DNA from: Phoronis australis
Lineage: Eukaryota > Animalia > Phoronida
Direction of reading: 5' to 3'
Assembly (NCBI GenBank): GCA_002633005.1
Contig: NMRA01000084.1
Coordinates: forward strand, 651,267-715,266
Length of the DNA stretch: 64,000 bases
Shown: positions 53,001 through 62,800 of the stretch, piece after piece
How the letters are laid out: each line of letters opens with the position of its first letter
How positions within the stretch are numbered: position 1 is the first letter of the stretch
Program-made: the position numbers and the translations under genes
The notes under the pieces: generated by a model
The model's input: only the letters and a program-made list of their open reading frames with translations
What the model was told of the DNA's origin: nothing
Databases searched by the model: none

Positions 53001-53927
53001 CAGGGGACTCTCATAAAGACTCACAGTAACAGTAAGCAGGTAAGTCCCCCAGAGTACTAGCAGATCGACACAGTCCATAAGATTCCGTTGACCCAATATC
53101 TAACCAGACTTAGCTGTGACATGTGAGCTTATATTTCAATCTTCTTGAACACTGCACCTCTAGTATACACCATATTAGTAAGCAGGCTAAAAAAGGAGTA
53201 ACGTGTACACTATTACATAGTCATAGATGTCCTGGAACTCAGTCGAGGTTTGTATTACCAGTGTGTGACACACATGCCTTTCAATCGGGGTCATTCTAAT
53301 CCCGATCGAAAGTCAAGCTGTAGTCATTCACAACAATCAATCTGACAACCCACTTGTCACGTACGTAGACTACTACGGAGTGGCGAGTAGCGAACCTTGC
53401 CAAATTTATGGCGTACTATGCAAGCGTCCAGAGCTACATAATATCGTATTCAGTACTCTCATTAATATTTTCATGGCATATATCAGTATTACGATCTAAA
53501 AGCTCTCATGCCATGGGCCATGGCTATGATATTTCGGCTTTACAGTCTCACTGCATAACCACAACACAATCTGGGTACTAGCAGTAGTAGAATAATTGAA
53601 TTTAGAAATTAATGGTCCCTGATTTTGAGAACCAGACAAGCAGTAAGTAGCAGACATGTTTTTGGCGTGGATGAAACAGCTATGATCACCAATATTTTCG
53701 ACCAGATCCATCTGGCTGGCTGCTGGCCACTATAGTATTGCACAAGCACTGCACTGGCTAACACTGAAAATATTCAAAATTGATTCATCTGATCAGTCAG
53801 ATCAGGACAGAAGTTTAATTCTTAAATCATCAAATCAGCTGTTGATTAAGCACAACAAACAGGCACGTTTTGCAGTTACAAGGATAAACTAGACATCTAC
53901 TTACCTCACTGGCTGACGTAAATGCAT
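24801..53927 (-). CDS. NWD2: NACHT and WD40 repeat protein (NWD1/NWD2-like; DUF4062-NACHT-WD40), 19 coding exons, ~1611 aa
   Basis: Exons (5' to 3' on minus): 53927-53905, 50533-50478, 49669-49517, 48723-48624, 48282-48180, 47918-47740, 46409-46258, 45345-45145, 42493-42261, 40286-40108, 37814-37709, 36659-36447, 35965-34925, 32603-32480, 31730-31509, 29381-29248, 28263-27964, 27449-27347, 26014-24801; 4836 nt, all phases match. Motifs VRFFSSSTFTD/VVDMRWGV, Walker A GESGSGKT, Walker B VIFLDSLD, WYHRQF, GH...VWD. NWD1 versus NWD2 orthology is unresolved. Confidence 0.9.
27347..27449 (-). CDS. NWD exon 18 (WD40)
   Basis: VTQDGKYLFGAVADLVKYWDLNTG; AAG acceptor, G|GTTTGT donor. Confidence 0.82.
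27964..28263 (-). CDS. NWD exon 17 (divergent WD40)
   Basis: 100 open codons between tttgcag and CAG|GTGAGA; LYNLDTG. Confidence 0.82.
29248..29381 (-). CDS. NWD exon 16 (WD40)
   Basis: EKLYDIP...SVRVWDVATGTEK. Confidence 0.88.
30860..31030 (+). repeat. Diverged inverted copy of 41640-41800
   Basis: Shares acctctattgtgtaacctg, ttgactt, cttatcag and gtgatc, in order, with the reverse complement of 41640-41800. Confidence 0.55.
31509..31730 (-). CDS. NWD exon 15 (WD40)
   Basis: GHSKNVHGMALAKDNRHLVTASEDCTLRVWD. Confidence 0.93.
32480..32603 (-). CDS. NWD exon 14
   Basis: QEQFKSL...ALIPQSQWLYPPGGQLIHTLP. Confidence 0.9.
33691..34550 (+). repeat. Helentron/HINE-like element: ~150-bp satellite units (449-bp higher-order repeat), GGAC microsatellite, terminal hairpin
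   Basis: 33691 block recurs at 34140; GGAC runs 34458-34500; hairpin ATGCGTCCACATAT-AA-ATATGTGGGCGCAT 34518-34547. The left end is lost in the gap. Confidence 0.7.
34925..35965 (-). CDS. NWD exon 13 (helical/winged-helix region)
   Basis: 347 codons: PLPLFLRL, LELKHG, EDILSCEDDVL, WYHRQF, NLRKLSELP. Confidence 0.95.
36447..36659 (-). CDS. NWD exon 12 (Walker B)
   Basis: PLVIFLDSLDQL...WLPVRLPPFVKMIVSTLP. Confidence 0.95.
37709..37814 (-). CDS. NWD exon 11
   Basis: RFLGTTSDSSTISQLLYSLCRQI. Confidence 0.92.
38058..39616. mobile_element. Tc1/mariner-type non-autonomous element (TA TSD) spanning a gap
   Basis: Perfect 24-bp TIRs CCGTAATCGTTCGGGTTAACGCCC, TA on both flanks, subterminal GGGCGGTTAA repeats. 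Confidence 0.85.
40108..40286 (-). CDS. NWD exon 10 (NACHT Walker A)
   Basis: FHGR...PLVVYGESGSGKTSVVA. Confidence 0.95.
41000..41310 (+). repeat. Diverged copy of the 33691-34550 satellite (2 units)
   Basis: Shares gccactaggagg, gtcaaa..cgtcggaaaatcatcgtc, gccaattttcacaat and gactcaaaaaca. Confidence 0.8.
41320..41900 (-). mobile_element. Penelope-like retroelement RT fragment (pseudogenised)
   Basis: Minus-strand peptides LNDQDLVIAHPDKGNGAAVMDPVDY and PSGS..AQLYDLSKTHNEGVP(L)RP match the PLE DKG and YGLPKxHK..PLRP motifs; stops and frameshifts present. Confidence 0.75.
42261..42493 (-). CDS. NWD exon 9
   Basis: VLSQSSIIPYSIQW...HRKYLDTF...LFQEVIEHAVMCKGK. Confidence 0.9.
42810..43738. 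repeat. 464-bp tandem duplication joined by a single N (probable assembly artefact)
   Basis: 42810-43273 versus 43275-43738; two substitutions seen; n at 43274. Confidence 0.9.
44680..44722. repeat. (ATC/ATT)n microsatellite
   Basis: Visible in sequence. Confidence 0.85.
45145..45345 (-). CDS. NWD exon 8
   Basis: VTEEEIHNGILK...CWFKRTI...LLKDLKEKKIP. Confidence 0.9.
46258..46409 (-). CDS. NWD exon 7
   Basis: FPNFVSKDKKLQRESSNAWWDVFERLQVILQRAA...KYYRS; G|GTGAGT donor. Confidence 0.9.
47000..47525 (+). repeat. ~500-bp dispersed repeat, copy A (inverted relative to 56665-57215)
   Basis: Long shared tracts such as gagagctggccctctaaccataaatg and gttgggcaattttgg. Confidence 0.85.
47740..47918 (-). 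CDS. NWD exon 6
   Basis: TFLGQKYGYRPFPPNIPASEF...WFLKDNNSVPPLYRLQPISS. Confidence 0.92.
48180..48282 (-). CDS. NWD exon 5
   Basis: WGVRDGMTDDHMTSELCMRELRLCQEVSTGPNFV. Confidence 0.92.
48624..48723 (-). CDS. NWD exon 4
   Basis: DTAVERNALMTQVYPKLQGFCKSQGYEMQVVDMR. Confidence 0.92.
49517..49669 (-). CDS. NWD exon 3 (start of DUF4062-like domain)
   Basis: ...GNLQIPALHRGKVVRFFSSSTFT; tttcag acceptor, G|GTAAGT donor. Confidence 0.88.
50478..50533 (-). CDS. NWD candidate exon 2 (NVVENERDQVSSVEQDLS)
   Basis: ttttacag acceptor, G|GTAGTT donor; bridges phase 2 to phase 1. Confidence 0.45.
50624..51562. mobile_element. PIF/Harbinger-like non-autonomous element
   Basis: TIRs GGCCCTGTCATACT / GGCCCTTTCACACT; TAA on the left flank, imperfect TSD. 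Confidence 0.5.
51120..51415 (-). mobile_element. 3' fragment of a CR1/L2-group LINE ORF2
   Basis: NLKWPTLQERR...SFFPSTV motifs typical of LINE ORF2 C-termini, followed by an AATAAAA tail. Confidence 0.65.
53905..53927 (-). CDS. NWD candidate exon 1 (MHLRQPV)
   Basis: ATG at 53927, AG|GTAAGT donor, phase 2 fits the next exon. No homology support. Confidence 0.4.
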
Positions 53928-54242
53928 GAAATGGATACTGAAAATATTTAACGGTTTTGCGCTTAAACTCAGTTTCCGGTTAGCTGGTCAGCGACACCTG
54001 TTGAAGAAAAGTTAACTTACTGCCTTCAGCGGCCACTCCCGCGTGCCGAGAACAGTTTGAACGGTGGCAAATTCTGTGGAAAATGACACTGTTTGGAAAT
54101 TAGAGAGTGTTTAACCAATAACTTCCAATTATGTGATGTGACGAAAACGACTCACGAGCGCAGAGCGAACAAAGACCGGCAGCGGGCCGCTGGGCTCGAT
54201 CCGGCTGGAATGAAATGTTTACATATTGCCACGGCAGCATAT

Positions 54243-54923
54243 ATTTTTCTGAATCATAGACGGATTTTTAATTTTCCTTTTTCAATTTGACTCTATTAAA
54301 TGGACCTACACTTTGACAACGCCGACACGACGTTGGACCGACGTCGGACTCAGCACAACCCGTGATTTCTCGCACCCGGCGTCGCACCCGCGTCGGCACG
54401 ACGTCAAACGTGCCCGACGCTGAGCCAGCGTTGGTTCGACGTCAAGACTGAACAATACTCAAAGAAGGACAAATAGGCTGACTTATGCACGGCTGTAAAC
54501 ATTTTTCTGAATCACAGACGGATTTTTAGTTTTCCTTTTTCCGAAAATGGACCTACACCACAGTACTTTGACAACGCCGACACGACGTTGGGACGTCGGA
54601 CTCAGCACCACATATGATTTCTTGCACCGCGTCGTACCCACGTCGGCCCAACGTCAAACGTGCCCGACGCTGAGCCAACGTTGGTCCGACGTCAAGACTG
54701 AACAATACTAAAAGTAGGACAAATAGGATGACTTATACACTGTGACTATAAAATAATAATATCGCAAGCGTCGAATTAACTTGGAAGTGCAAAACAGGCT
54801 TTTAAAAGCAGTATCTCGTAGACCGCCGACCAACGTCGGACCAACGTCAAAAAACCGACCGCGACCAATCGACCTCGAGCCAACGAATGGCGACGTCGGC
54901 CCAACGTAGTGATGCTATCTGGG
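54243..54923. mobile_element. CpG-rich repeat: ~255-bp tandem duplication plus CCAACGTCGG-type subterminal repeats ending GCTATCTGGG (CMC/EnSpm-like end)
   Basis: 54243-54490 recurs at 54501-54735; only one terminus seen. Confidence 0.55.
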
Positions 54924-56377
54924 AGCTATGTAGCAGCACTGAGTTGTAGCGATTTAAAAGTCGGTGCTGTTTAACAATGAAACATAAGCACAAGTGCTAC
55001 AATCCGACAATTAATAAAATACCAAACTTTTAACAAAAATACGGAATTAGGATGTGTCAGTGTAGACACCCAGTGCAGCACTAGTTCTTAATGACGGCAG
55101 TTCACTAATCCGCATGACTGTGAGAGCGGAAATTCAAGCGCACTAAGTTTCAGACTCTTCACATTCAATCTCCGAATCACCAGACATGTGATACCTATCA
55201 TTGTCATCATTTACACGACTCAGTCCTAGAGAAGATGATCCGGCGACTCGCTAGTGTTTACACGGCGGCTGAGAGACAGGTGCGCTGCCCCGGCCATGGA
55301 CGGAACCGATGATGCACAGAAACTCGTCCCTCTGTGACTTCATTCTTTGTCTGGCAAAAGCATTATAAACAAGGAATATTAGATTACGCAACCTATTAAT
55401 TGGTGGTATTGGCCACATTTCCTACAGTAGGCCTAATGTTCGGCGTTTTGGCTCGAAAAAAATCCGTGCCTACGTTGCACTAGCCGATGACGTATTCGGA
55501 TGCGTGAGAACAATTCAGTGCAAATTTTACAACAAAATGTTCAAGTTTCCATAAAACAAAAAGCCTCGAAATAACTCCTCAGTGACTCCGTGCCGTTTCC
55601 ATCGGCCGGGTAATTCGAGTTAACTCCTCAATCGACCTTCCGTTTCTGTGGACGTCAGGCACCGGGATAGTCTCTGGCCCTCCTCCTTCCAGTATCGCAC
55701 GCAATGTAAATTTGGAGATGTAACCAAGTTCGTGCTGGTTACACACTCGATCTTTTCGCCTGATACAAGTTTTTGCTGCCATAACGTAAAATTGTCGTGG
55801 ACTTGACGGAGTTCGGACCCCGGCTCAGAGGTCTCACAAGGCTTCACTGATTTATCCACATTATTTTGAAAAAGCTTTGCCCAGTCACACATTGTGTGTC
55901 ATAAAAAAGATAAGCATACCAGCAGCTGACGCAGCAAGTAGAACTACTCTCTTTTATCACATTTGTGAACACTCACAGTTGAACTGTGGTTTTCTGTGGA
56001 CCTCAGACCGTCGAGTATTGCACCATATACCAACTCCGGACGGTCTCTCACGACGATTAAGCGTTATGGCATCTCCGTATTGCCATCCTCGCTTTATGAC
56101 TGAGTCCAAGCCCATCTCTCCTTCCGTATACTGGGAAACATAGGTCAGTCACAAAAAGGCGAAAGTCGCTCAGTGTTAACTTTCTTTCAGAATTATAAAC
56201 AAAGCCGGGGTTTGGTTTTTACCTATTGAGGAAAGATTTTTTGAAAGCTGAATTTGTTGTTTATGTGAAATGAAACTGACTCATGAAATAGACTGCGTCA
56301 GAGTCAATTTCAAACCACGGGGATGTCCAGGGGCGGATCCAGGATTTTGAGTTGGGCCGGGGCAGGGCAGACATTCG

Positions 56378-56516
56378 CATGGGCGGCGCACCATAGGGGG
56401 CTGGGGGGGGCTATAGCCCCACCACATTTTTCAGTGCTACGCCGTCCATGGTCTGTGGGCGCTTCACTACAGGGGGTTCTATAGCCCCCACTTTTTTCAG
56501 TGCTGCGCCGCCCATG
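56378..56516 (+). mobile_element. Dimeric CATGG MITE, 5-bp TSD ATTCG, lying just after a truncated CAGGGG terminus (56328)
   Basis: ATTCG at 56373-56377 and 56517-56521. Confidence 0.8.
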
Positions 56517-56664
56517 ATTCGCATCCCCTCATGGTCTTAGTTTAATGTTTCGGAGTACATCTTCAATCCTTTGTGAATCCTACGGATAACGAAGGGCAAT
56601 ATTTTAACGCACACAAATCGTCTCCCGAATTCAACGTCACTCCCCTCCGTCATAATTGTACATG

Positions 56665-57215
56665 TTTAGTCTATCTGACATTACGGCGTTTTCCCGTTGC
56701 TCCCAACTTGTTTGATTCTATAGCTCAACAACAAGTTGGGAAGTTTTCCCCTGTAGCCCCTGTATCTTACACGACTAATTAACTCCATTCTGGCATTTAT
56801 GGTTAGAGGGCCAGCTCTCCTTTGGTCGACAATTGCTCTAATATCTAATAAGATCGTATCTACCCTGGCCTGGGCTGTGTTGTTAAAAATAAAAACTAAG
56901 TTATAACATATTTGAATATAAACCAATAGTATTTCTGAAATCTTCGTCAAATGGTGATCATGTTTAGTTTTTGAATCGCCAAAATTGCCCAACTGCAACC
57001 GAAGTTACGACAATCTATTCTTTCTGAATACACCAATTCACTCCGAGTTTGACTTTGTTCACTCGTGGTCTGTAATAAGCCTGGTATAGATAAGTGGCCT
57101 GCTTGTTGTCCTAACAAACAAAAGAGTGTGCTTGGCTGTTCACAAAGAAGCTAGATGTTATCACAAGCTCAGAACCCCCTGCGTCTGGTAAAGTCACTGA
57201 ACGGGAAGGCGCTGT
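56665..57215 (-). repeat. ~500-bp dispersed repeat, copy B
   Basis: Reverse-complement homology to 47000-47525. Confidence 0.85.
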
Positions 57216-57600
57216 CATGTGAGTCAGAACTGCCATTGTTTCATCATGACTCCAGTATTAACCTTCAGGATTTATGCCGGGGTTATTTACTTGAGTATAA
57301 CGCACGTGCTGAAGTTTATAGCATTGTTTTCGATCGCTTTCCGCTATTAACTGTACGTTCGAAGCACCCATAACTAGTAGAATTAAACTAAATCATACAG
57401 TACTATATGCTTAGGGTTCATAGGTCCGTCCCGGATCACACAGCGACACTCGCGGCGAATCTAGTTTTATTTACCCACAATGCCGTAAACATTCGTCAGG
57501 CACATTTGCTGCCTCGTTATCGAGCCACTGGAGTTTCACATGTTATTTGTAGTGGTCTGATTCTTAACAACTTTTTTCTTGGTTGCATTACGCTCTTCCT

Positions 57601-57710
57601 ATGCTAAGTGTTGTGTTGTGGGCTGCAACACCGGCGTGAAAACGTTTTATAAACTGGACAAATCCCCGTGGATGCGTGATCTGAAATTCTTTGCCTTCCC
57701 GATATTAAAG
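57601..57710 (+). pseudogene. THAP zinc-finger N-terminal relic
   Basis: AKCCVVGCNTG...LKFFAFP; the ATG is out of frame by 1 nt. Confidence 0.45.
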
Positions 57711-58249
57711 TCACTATTTCCTTTACTTTCGCCTGCTTAGATCACAAATTTAGCTTTGCCAATCGAAAGATATCACTAAAATTAACTCTTTTCGTAAATT
57801 ACAGCCATGTACATACTCTCGTTATTTTACTATTAATTTTTTAAATTCATAAAAAGTGGGCGGACCTTCAGCCAAACCTCATTATTTATGCGGGGTTGCC
57901 AGTGGAGAGATTACCCATAATGCACACGAATCAGCTGACGGAAGAGAAACATGTCAAGCACAAGCGNGTTTTTAACAAAAATGAAGCGGAAATAGTGCCT
58001 TTAATGAGTGACACAAAAATGTGCCTGATTTCAAAAAACTAGATCACGCACTTTCTTATCTCCATAATAACGGTGAATGAAAGTTATCTATAAATGCACA
58101 CTGTACAAACAAATCCTGTTGAGTGACAATGTCTGACGAGCGCAGTTTTCAAATGCATATTCTATACTACTGTTACCGAGTGCCGAAGCGTGTCAGTTTG
58201 CGTTATTTCCAGGCATCGTCATGAAAAAATACTTGGAAAACTATGCCTC

Positions 58250-59090
58250 GACATTGTTGTTCTTAATGCAGAGTAAAGAATCATTATCAGGTTAGTTACA
58301 TTTAATTCAACCGACATCACAAAACAGTCGCGTTTCAGATTACACTCTTTCCAAGAATCGTCGTTAAAAATGCATGAAAAATGTGCACGGCAAAGAATCG
58401 TTATTAGAAAAATACATATGTACACAGACGTTCTCTTGTACTACGAAAGGTTGATTACATTCAATTCAAATGACATACACCAAACGTACCGAGAGTGGCG
58501 TTGTTGAAGAAATATCCTACGAGACATCATTCCGCGTGTCGACGCCAATCGAGGTACGTTTTGTATTTATCCCATACGCATCAAATTCGTAAGTTTCTTT
58601 CATTTTTTCTCCGGATTTTTCAAATACTTCACTCAGACTGTTCACGAGGCGGATCACATCCTATGTGTATGTACTTGCGCGTCAGGTTGCAAGTTTTCTC
58701 TAGTAAAAGAAACAGTTTTAAATGTAACGATTTGTTATTTGAAAAGAGATAACAAAGATGAAAGTAACGGTATCTGTGCACTGAATTTGTAACTTCTCCT
58801 AAAAATAGTTAAATAACAACAATATTTCATATTGTATAGTTACAGAGGAATCGGCGCCTGAGTTGCAGACGACATAATATTTAGCAATTGGAAACTGAGG
58901 CAGAACTGTCATTACAATAGTCGCGTTTCAGTTGCGTTCCTTCCAAGAATCGACGTGAAAAAATGCTTGAAATGCTATTCCCAGAAATTGTTGTTTGCAA
59001 TGCAGGGTAAAGAATTGGTAACAGATTAAATACAAGTTTACACAAGCGATCTATTCTACTTTGCAAGGTTGGTTACATTTAATTCAACGC
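58250..59090. repeat. Degenerate local duplications (gtcgcgtttcag..ttccaagaatcg; ttacatt.aattcaa x3)
   Basis: Shared tracts at ~58250-58470 and ~58915-59090. Confidence 0.6.
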
Positions 59091-59589
59091 CGGGACTTAA
59101 CAATAGTCATGAGCATTAAGAACGTGACTGTAAGCAATGAGCCCTACTTTTTATTAACCTAAATTTGAAGACATGCAAGCCCGTAGCCAGGGGGGTTCGC
59201 GGGGGTTCGATCCAACGCGGAAAAGGTCCAGCCCCAGCCTGTCCGTTAAGGACAGGATATACTGAGGTGGACAACAGCAGCTTCTGGTATCATTGCTAAC
59301 TGCAAGCATAACTAATTTAGTAATCATAATGAATTTGCTTCCCCGGCGTTCAACGCGCGTCATGTAATCACCGGGTCGTACCTGGCGAATTTCGCCCGCG
59401 TGCTGCTTCGTAGCTGACAGGATTGTCCAGACGATTAGAGGAGGCTTTATGTTATTCATCGGCATTTATCGCGCGTGGTGGCAACACCACAGGGTAACAA
59501 GGGAGTCAAGAGTATTGTTTTGACCCTTCAAATTATTGTCCTAAGCAAAAAAGCGTGTACCAACTGCATTTCTAAAATTTTTGGAACAC

Positions 59590-59880
59590 TTATGACCTGC
59601 ACAACAAGTCACCTGACCCAAACTCAATTAGTACATTCTGTTCCTCGAGCAATTCTTTGTGAAATTTCCTCTGATACCTCAAACTCTACACTTAAAAGTG
59701 GGTACATGTCTTTCTTGGTCTCCATCTGATTCCAAACTGAGCTCGATATTTTCCACAAACAGTCAACTCTGAGAGCAAACGGTGGTAAGCAACCCCACTC
59801 TGGCAAAATTCAGCTGCCTCTCCGTCTGCAGTGAACGGGACGATGCCTGATTTAACATGTTTCAGAAGATCTGTTATCCA
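59590..59880 (-). pseudogene. Decayed Cys-containing coding fragment, probably transposase N-terminus
   Basis: LTVCGKYRAQFGIRWRPRKTCTH...ISQRI..VLIEFGSG with stops and frameshifts; family not confirmed. Confidence 0.3.
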
Positions 59881-62800
59881 CTTATTAGATTTATCAAATG
59901 TTTCAACTGCTTGCTAGTTTGGGTATTCCATTGAAGTCCCCCTAACCAGATAAACATAAAGACTCCAATGAACACTAACTGCTTCATCTTCCTCGGCAGC
60001 CATCTACATGTAGATCTGAGCTAATGAAGTGGAAAGGTAATTGCTAGCATTACTGTCTCAACAATGGTTGTTGTTAATACCCCCAATTTGGTTTATTTGC
60101 AGCGTTATAGCCTGCAACTCTGGAGAGTAGTATTAACTTGGCACATTATAAATATTACAAAATGACTAAAAAGGTTAACTTGTGTTTATCTTCACAAAGG
60201 GCCACTTCCCAAAGGAACGGTAAGTTTCGATATTGGTTTTCTTTATTTAATTTTTAATGCTTATGCCCATTTGCTTTTTTCCTTACCGGGAACGGGTTGG
60301 TAACTTTTTATCTAAGTTTTGAACTTGAAGTACCAAAACATTGGTAGATTTTGATCGCCAGCTAAACTTAATTAGTTACGTTCATTGTGAGCCCATCCCT
60401 AAACTTACCACATTGCAGGTACGCTAAACATTTCACTTGATATTAAAGTTTAATCTTAATTAGAACTCAAATTATAAAATATATACAAAAGTGCAAATAT
60501 GGGGATAACCAAACTGAAGATTTGGAATCGCTTTGCAATTTCGGTGGCACTGACTATAATAGTCTAGCTCTTTGTCAGTAACAAAACAATGAAAAGTGGG
60601 CACAAGTTAAGTACTACTGTTTCCTGTTCAAAAATCTGGTTAAACGAGATTGAAAGAATATTAAAAACTGAATACATGTGATATTGTTAACTCTGATCAG
60701 CGTTTGTATATCCACCGAGTATATCAATACGCGCGGTAGTTTATCTTCAAACGTACCCAATGGTTGTAGGTTTTAGATAATTAGTTCATTGATTTTTAAA
60801 AATCGAAAACCTACTTGGTTGTTTTTTTTCCAGCTGAATACCGCCGTGGTGTTCGTTTATTACGAAAATTAGTGGTTAATGCATTTTGAACATTTGCCAT
60901 TATGTACAGTCAGAGAAGTCTAATACAGTTTATGGTCGGATAATTACATGTAATTGGGTCTTGCTCGCATCGGGCAATGCAGTCATCACAATTGTACCTG
61001 ATTCCGGCGCTGCGCTCTCTTTGATCCTGGTACAAGCCGCTCAGAAGGACGAGCGGTGAAAATTCCCACATATCTTTAGAAATGCGTGACTTCCTTGTAA
61101 GCGTTTTATTCATAGTGTGTTCATTCCACGAAGATATTGCAGACATACTTCCCGATCGAGGCCTGCTGGGAATACTAAAGTTATGAACAAAATTTTGCAG
61201 TCACCAAGATAAATACTACTGCAACTGAAACCTGCTTTAGTGAACTATACTCCTATCCTAGGTCACACATTTTCTGGTCGGCTATTTCTCACAGAAGAAG
61301 CCGAGTAAAATACACTATTACACCATGTGAAGACAGCCAATACCATTATCACCGATCAAGTACAATATTAAAGGCATGTGAAGTCGTTAATCACCCCTTT
61401 GCAACTGCATAGCAAGGGTCATCCCCGTTCACACATAGATGGCAGCAATAGACCAGAAACAAGTTCATTCATACTTCAAAATGATACGCTGGACTTCGGG
61501 CGAGCACATATGTACCTCTAAATTTACCACAACACCATACAACAGAAGCTCATATCTCTGGTTGTACGCATACCCTGAGTGATACCATAGGTCTGTTGTT
61601 TGTTAAACGTTTGAAGATATCTATCTGGTTAGTGAACTTCTTTTAGATATGATTGTTAAATGTTTTACGTGCCTTACGCATTCCTATTTTTGTTAGTCAT
61701 TGGCCCGACCTATGTAGCCAGAAAATGAAGATCGCACTTTCTAATTAATTCGGAACGTTTAATTCACGTTAATTCATATGATATAAAATTGCCTTGATTC
61801 ATAATTAATGGACAAATCCTCAAGCATCTCAAATAACAATCAAGTCTCGCTTGGCAGAGCCGGCCCTTTTTTCGGAACACATAAATATTAATGAATAAGC
61901 TGGGCTATGTTGTCACTTGGACGCTCGGCTGATTTTGAAGACAGCGCGCCGCTGATCGCGTGGACTTAAATAGTTTGAGGGACAAGTCACGCCTCATACG
62001 TACATGTAAGTTTTTGCCTGCAGCCAGGCCGTGGCGAACATTGAGAAACACGTAAGTAACTTATATTCGCTATAGTCTCTCGAAATCCGTACGAGTTCAA
62101 ATTTTAGGCCATGTTTAGAATCCAGTTTCACCTTGGTTGAAAAATAACGTTTCAGTCTTCACTGACTTGTTACCGACAAACGGGTTGTTATGCTCGCAAG
62201 AGGTCACAGCAAAACAATGCATTTGAGTCAGTAACATTTGTACGACTCATTCAATGACCATTTTAAGCCATAAGGTGCGCCACGTGATAAAAAGTATTCT
62301 AACAATGCTATACAGCGCACCCCTCACTTTTGATACTTCGCGATTCATTGCCTTCCTCAGAAATACACGAACCGAAGAGTCAATATTTCCTTCACATAGA
62401 AGAATTTAGATTTCACTGGCAGATTATTAACTTTCTAAAACAAAAATAGAAACACTGGCCCCACGTTAGAAGCTAAAAAGTATTTGTGACAACCTGATTT
62501 TGGCAAACTCTGCCACCTCCAGGCGGTCGCTATCTTTCCTTGTTTCTCTGTACCCCTCCCACCTCCCCCTGTAGTCTTGTAGTCACCAATTTCGTAACAT
62601 CCTATCCCCGGAGGATTCTGGTCAAGTTAGTGGTGGATTTTTTTAAATGAACTGGTCTTGGTTGTTTGGGCCACATTGTTTGATGCTGCTGTGCAGGTTC
62701 GCAAAGTTAATGTGACCTGAAGCTAGTTCGCATCAAAAGGAGACCAGCGCATGCGTAAAGCTCAGTATCCTCTGTTTAGTGTTAGAAGGAAAAGCTCTGC

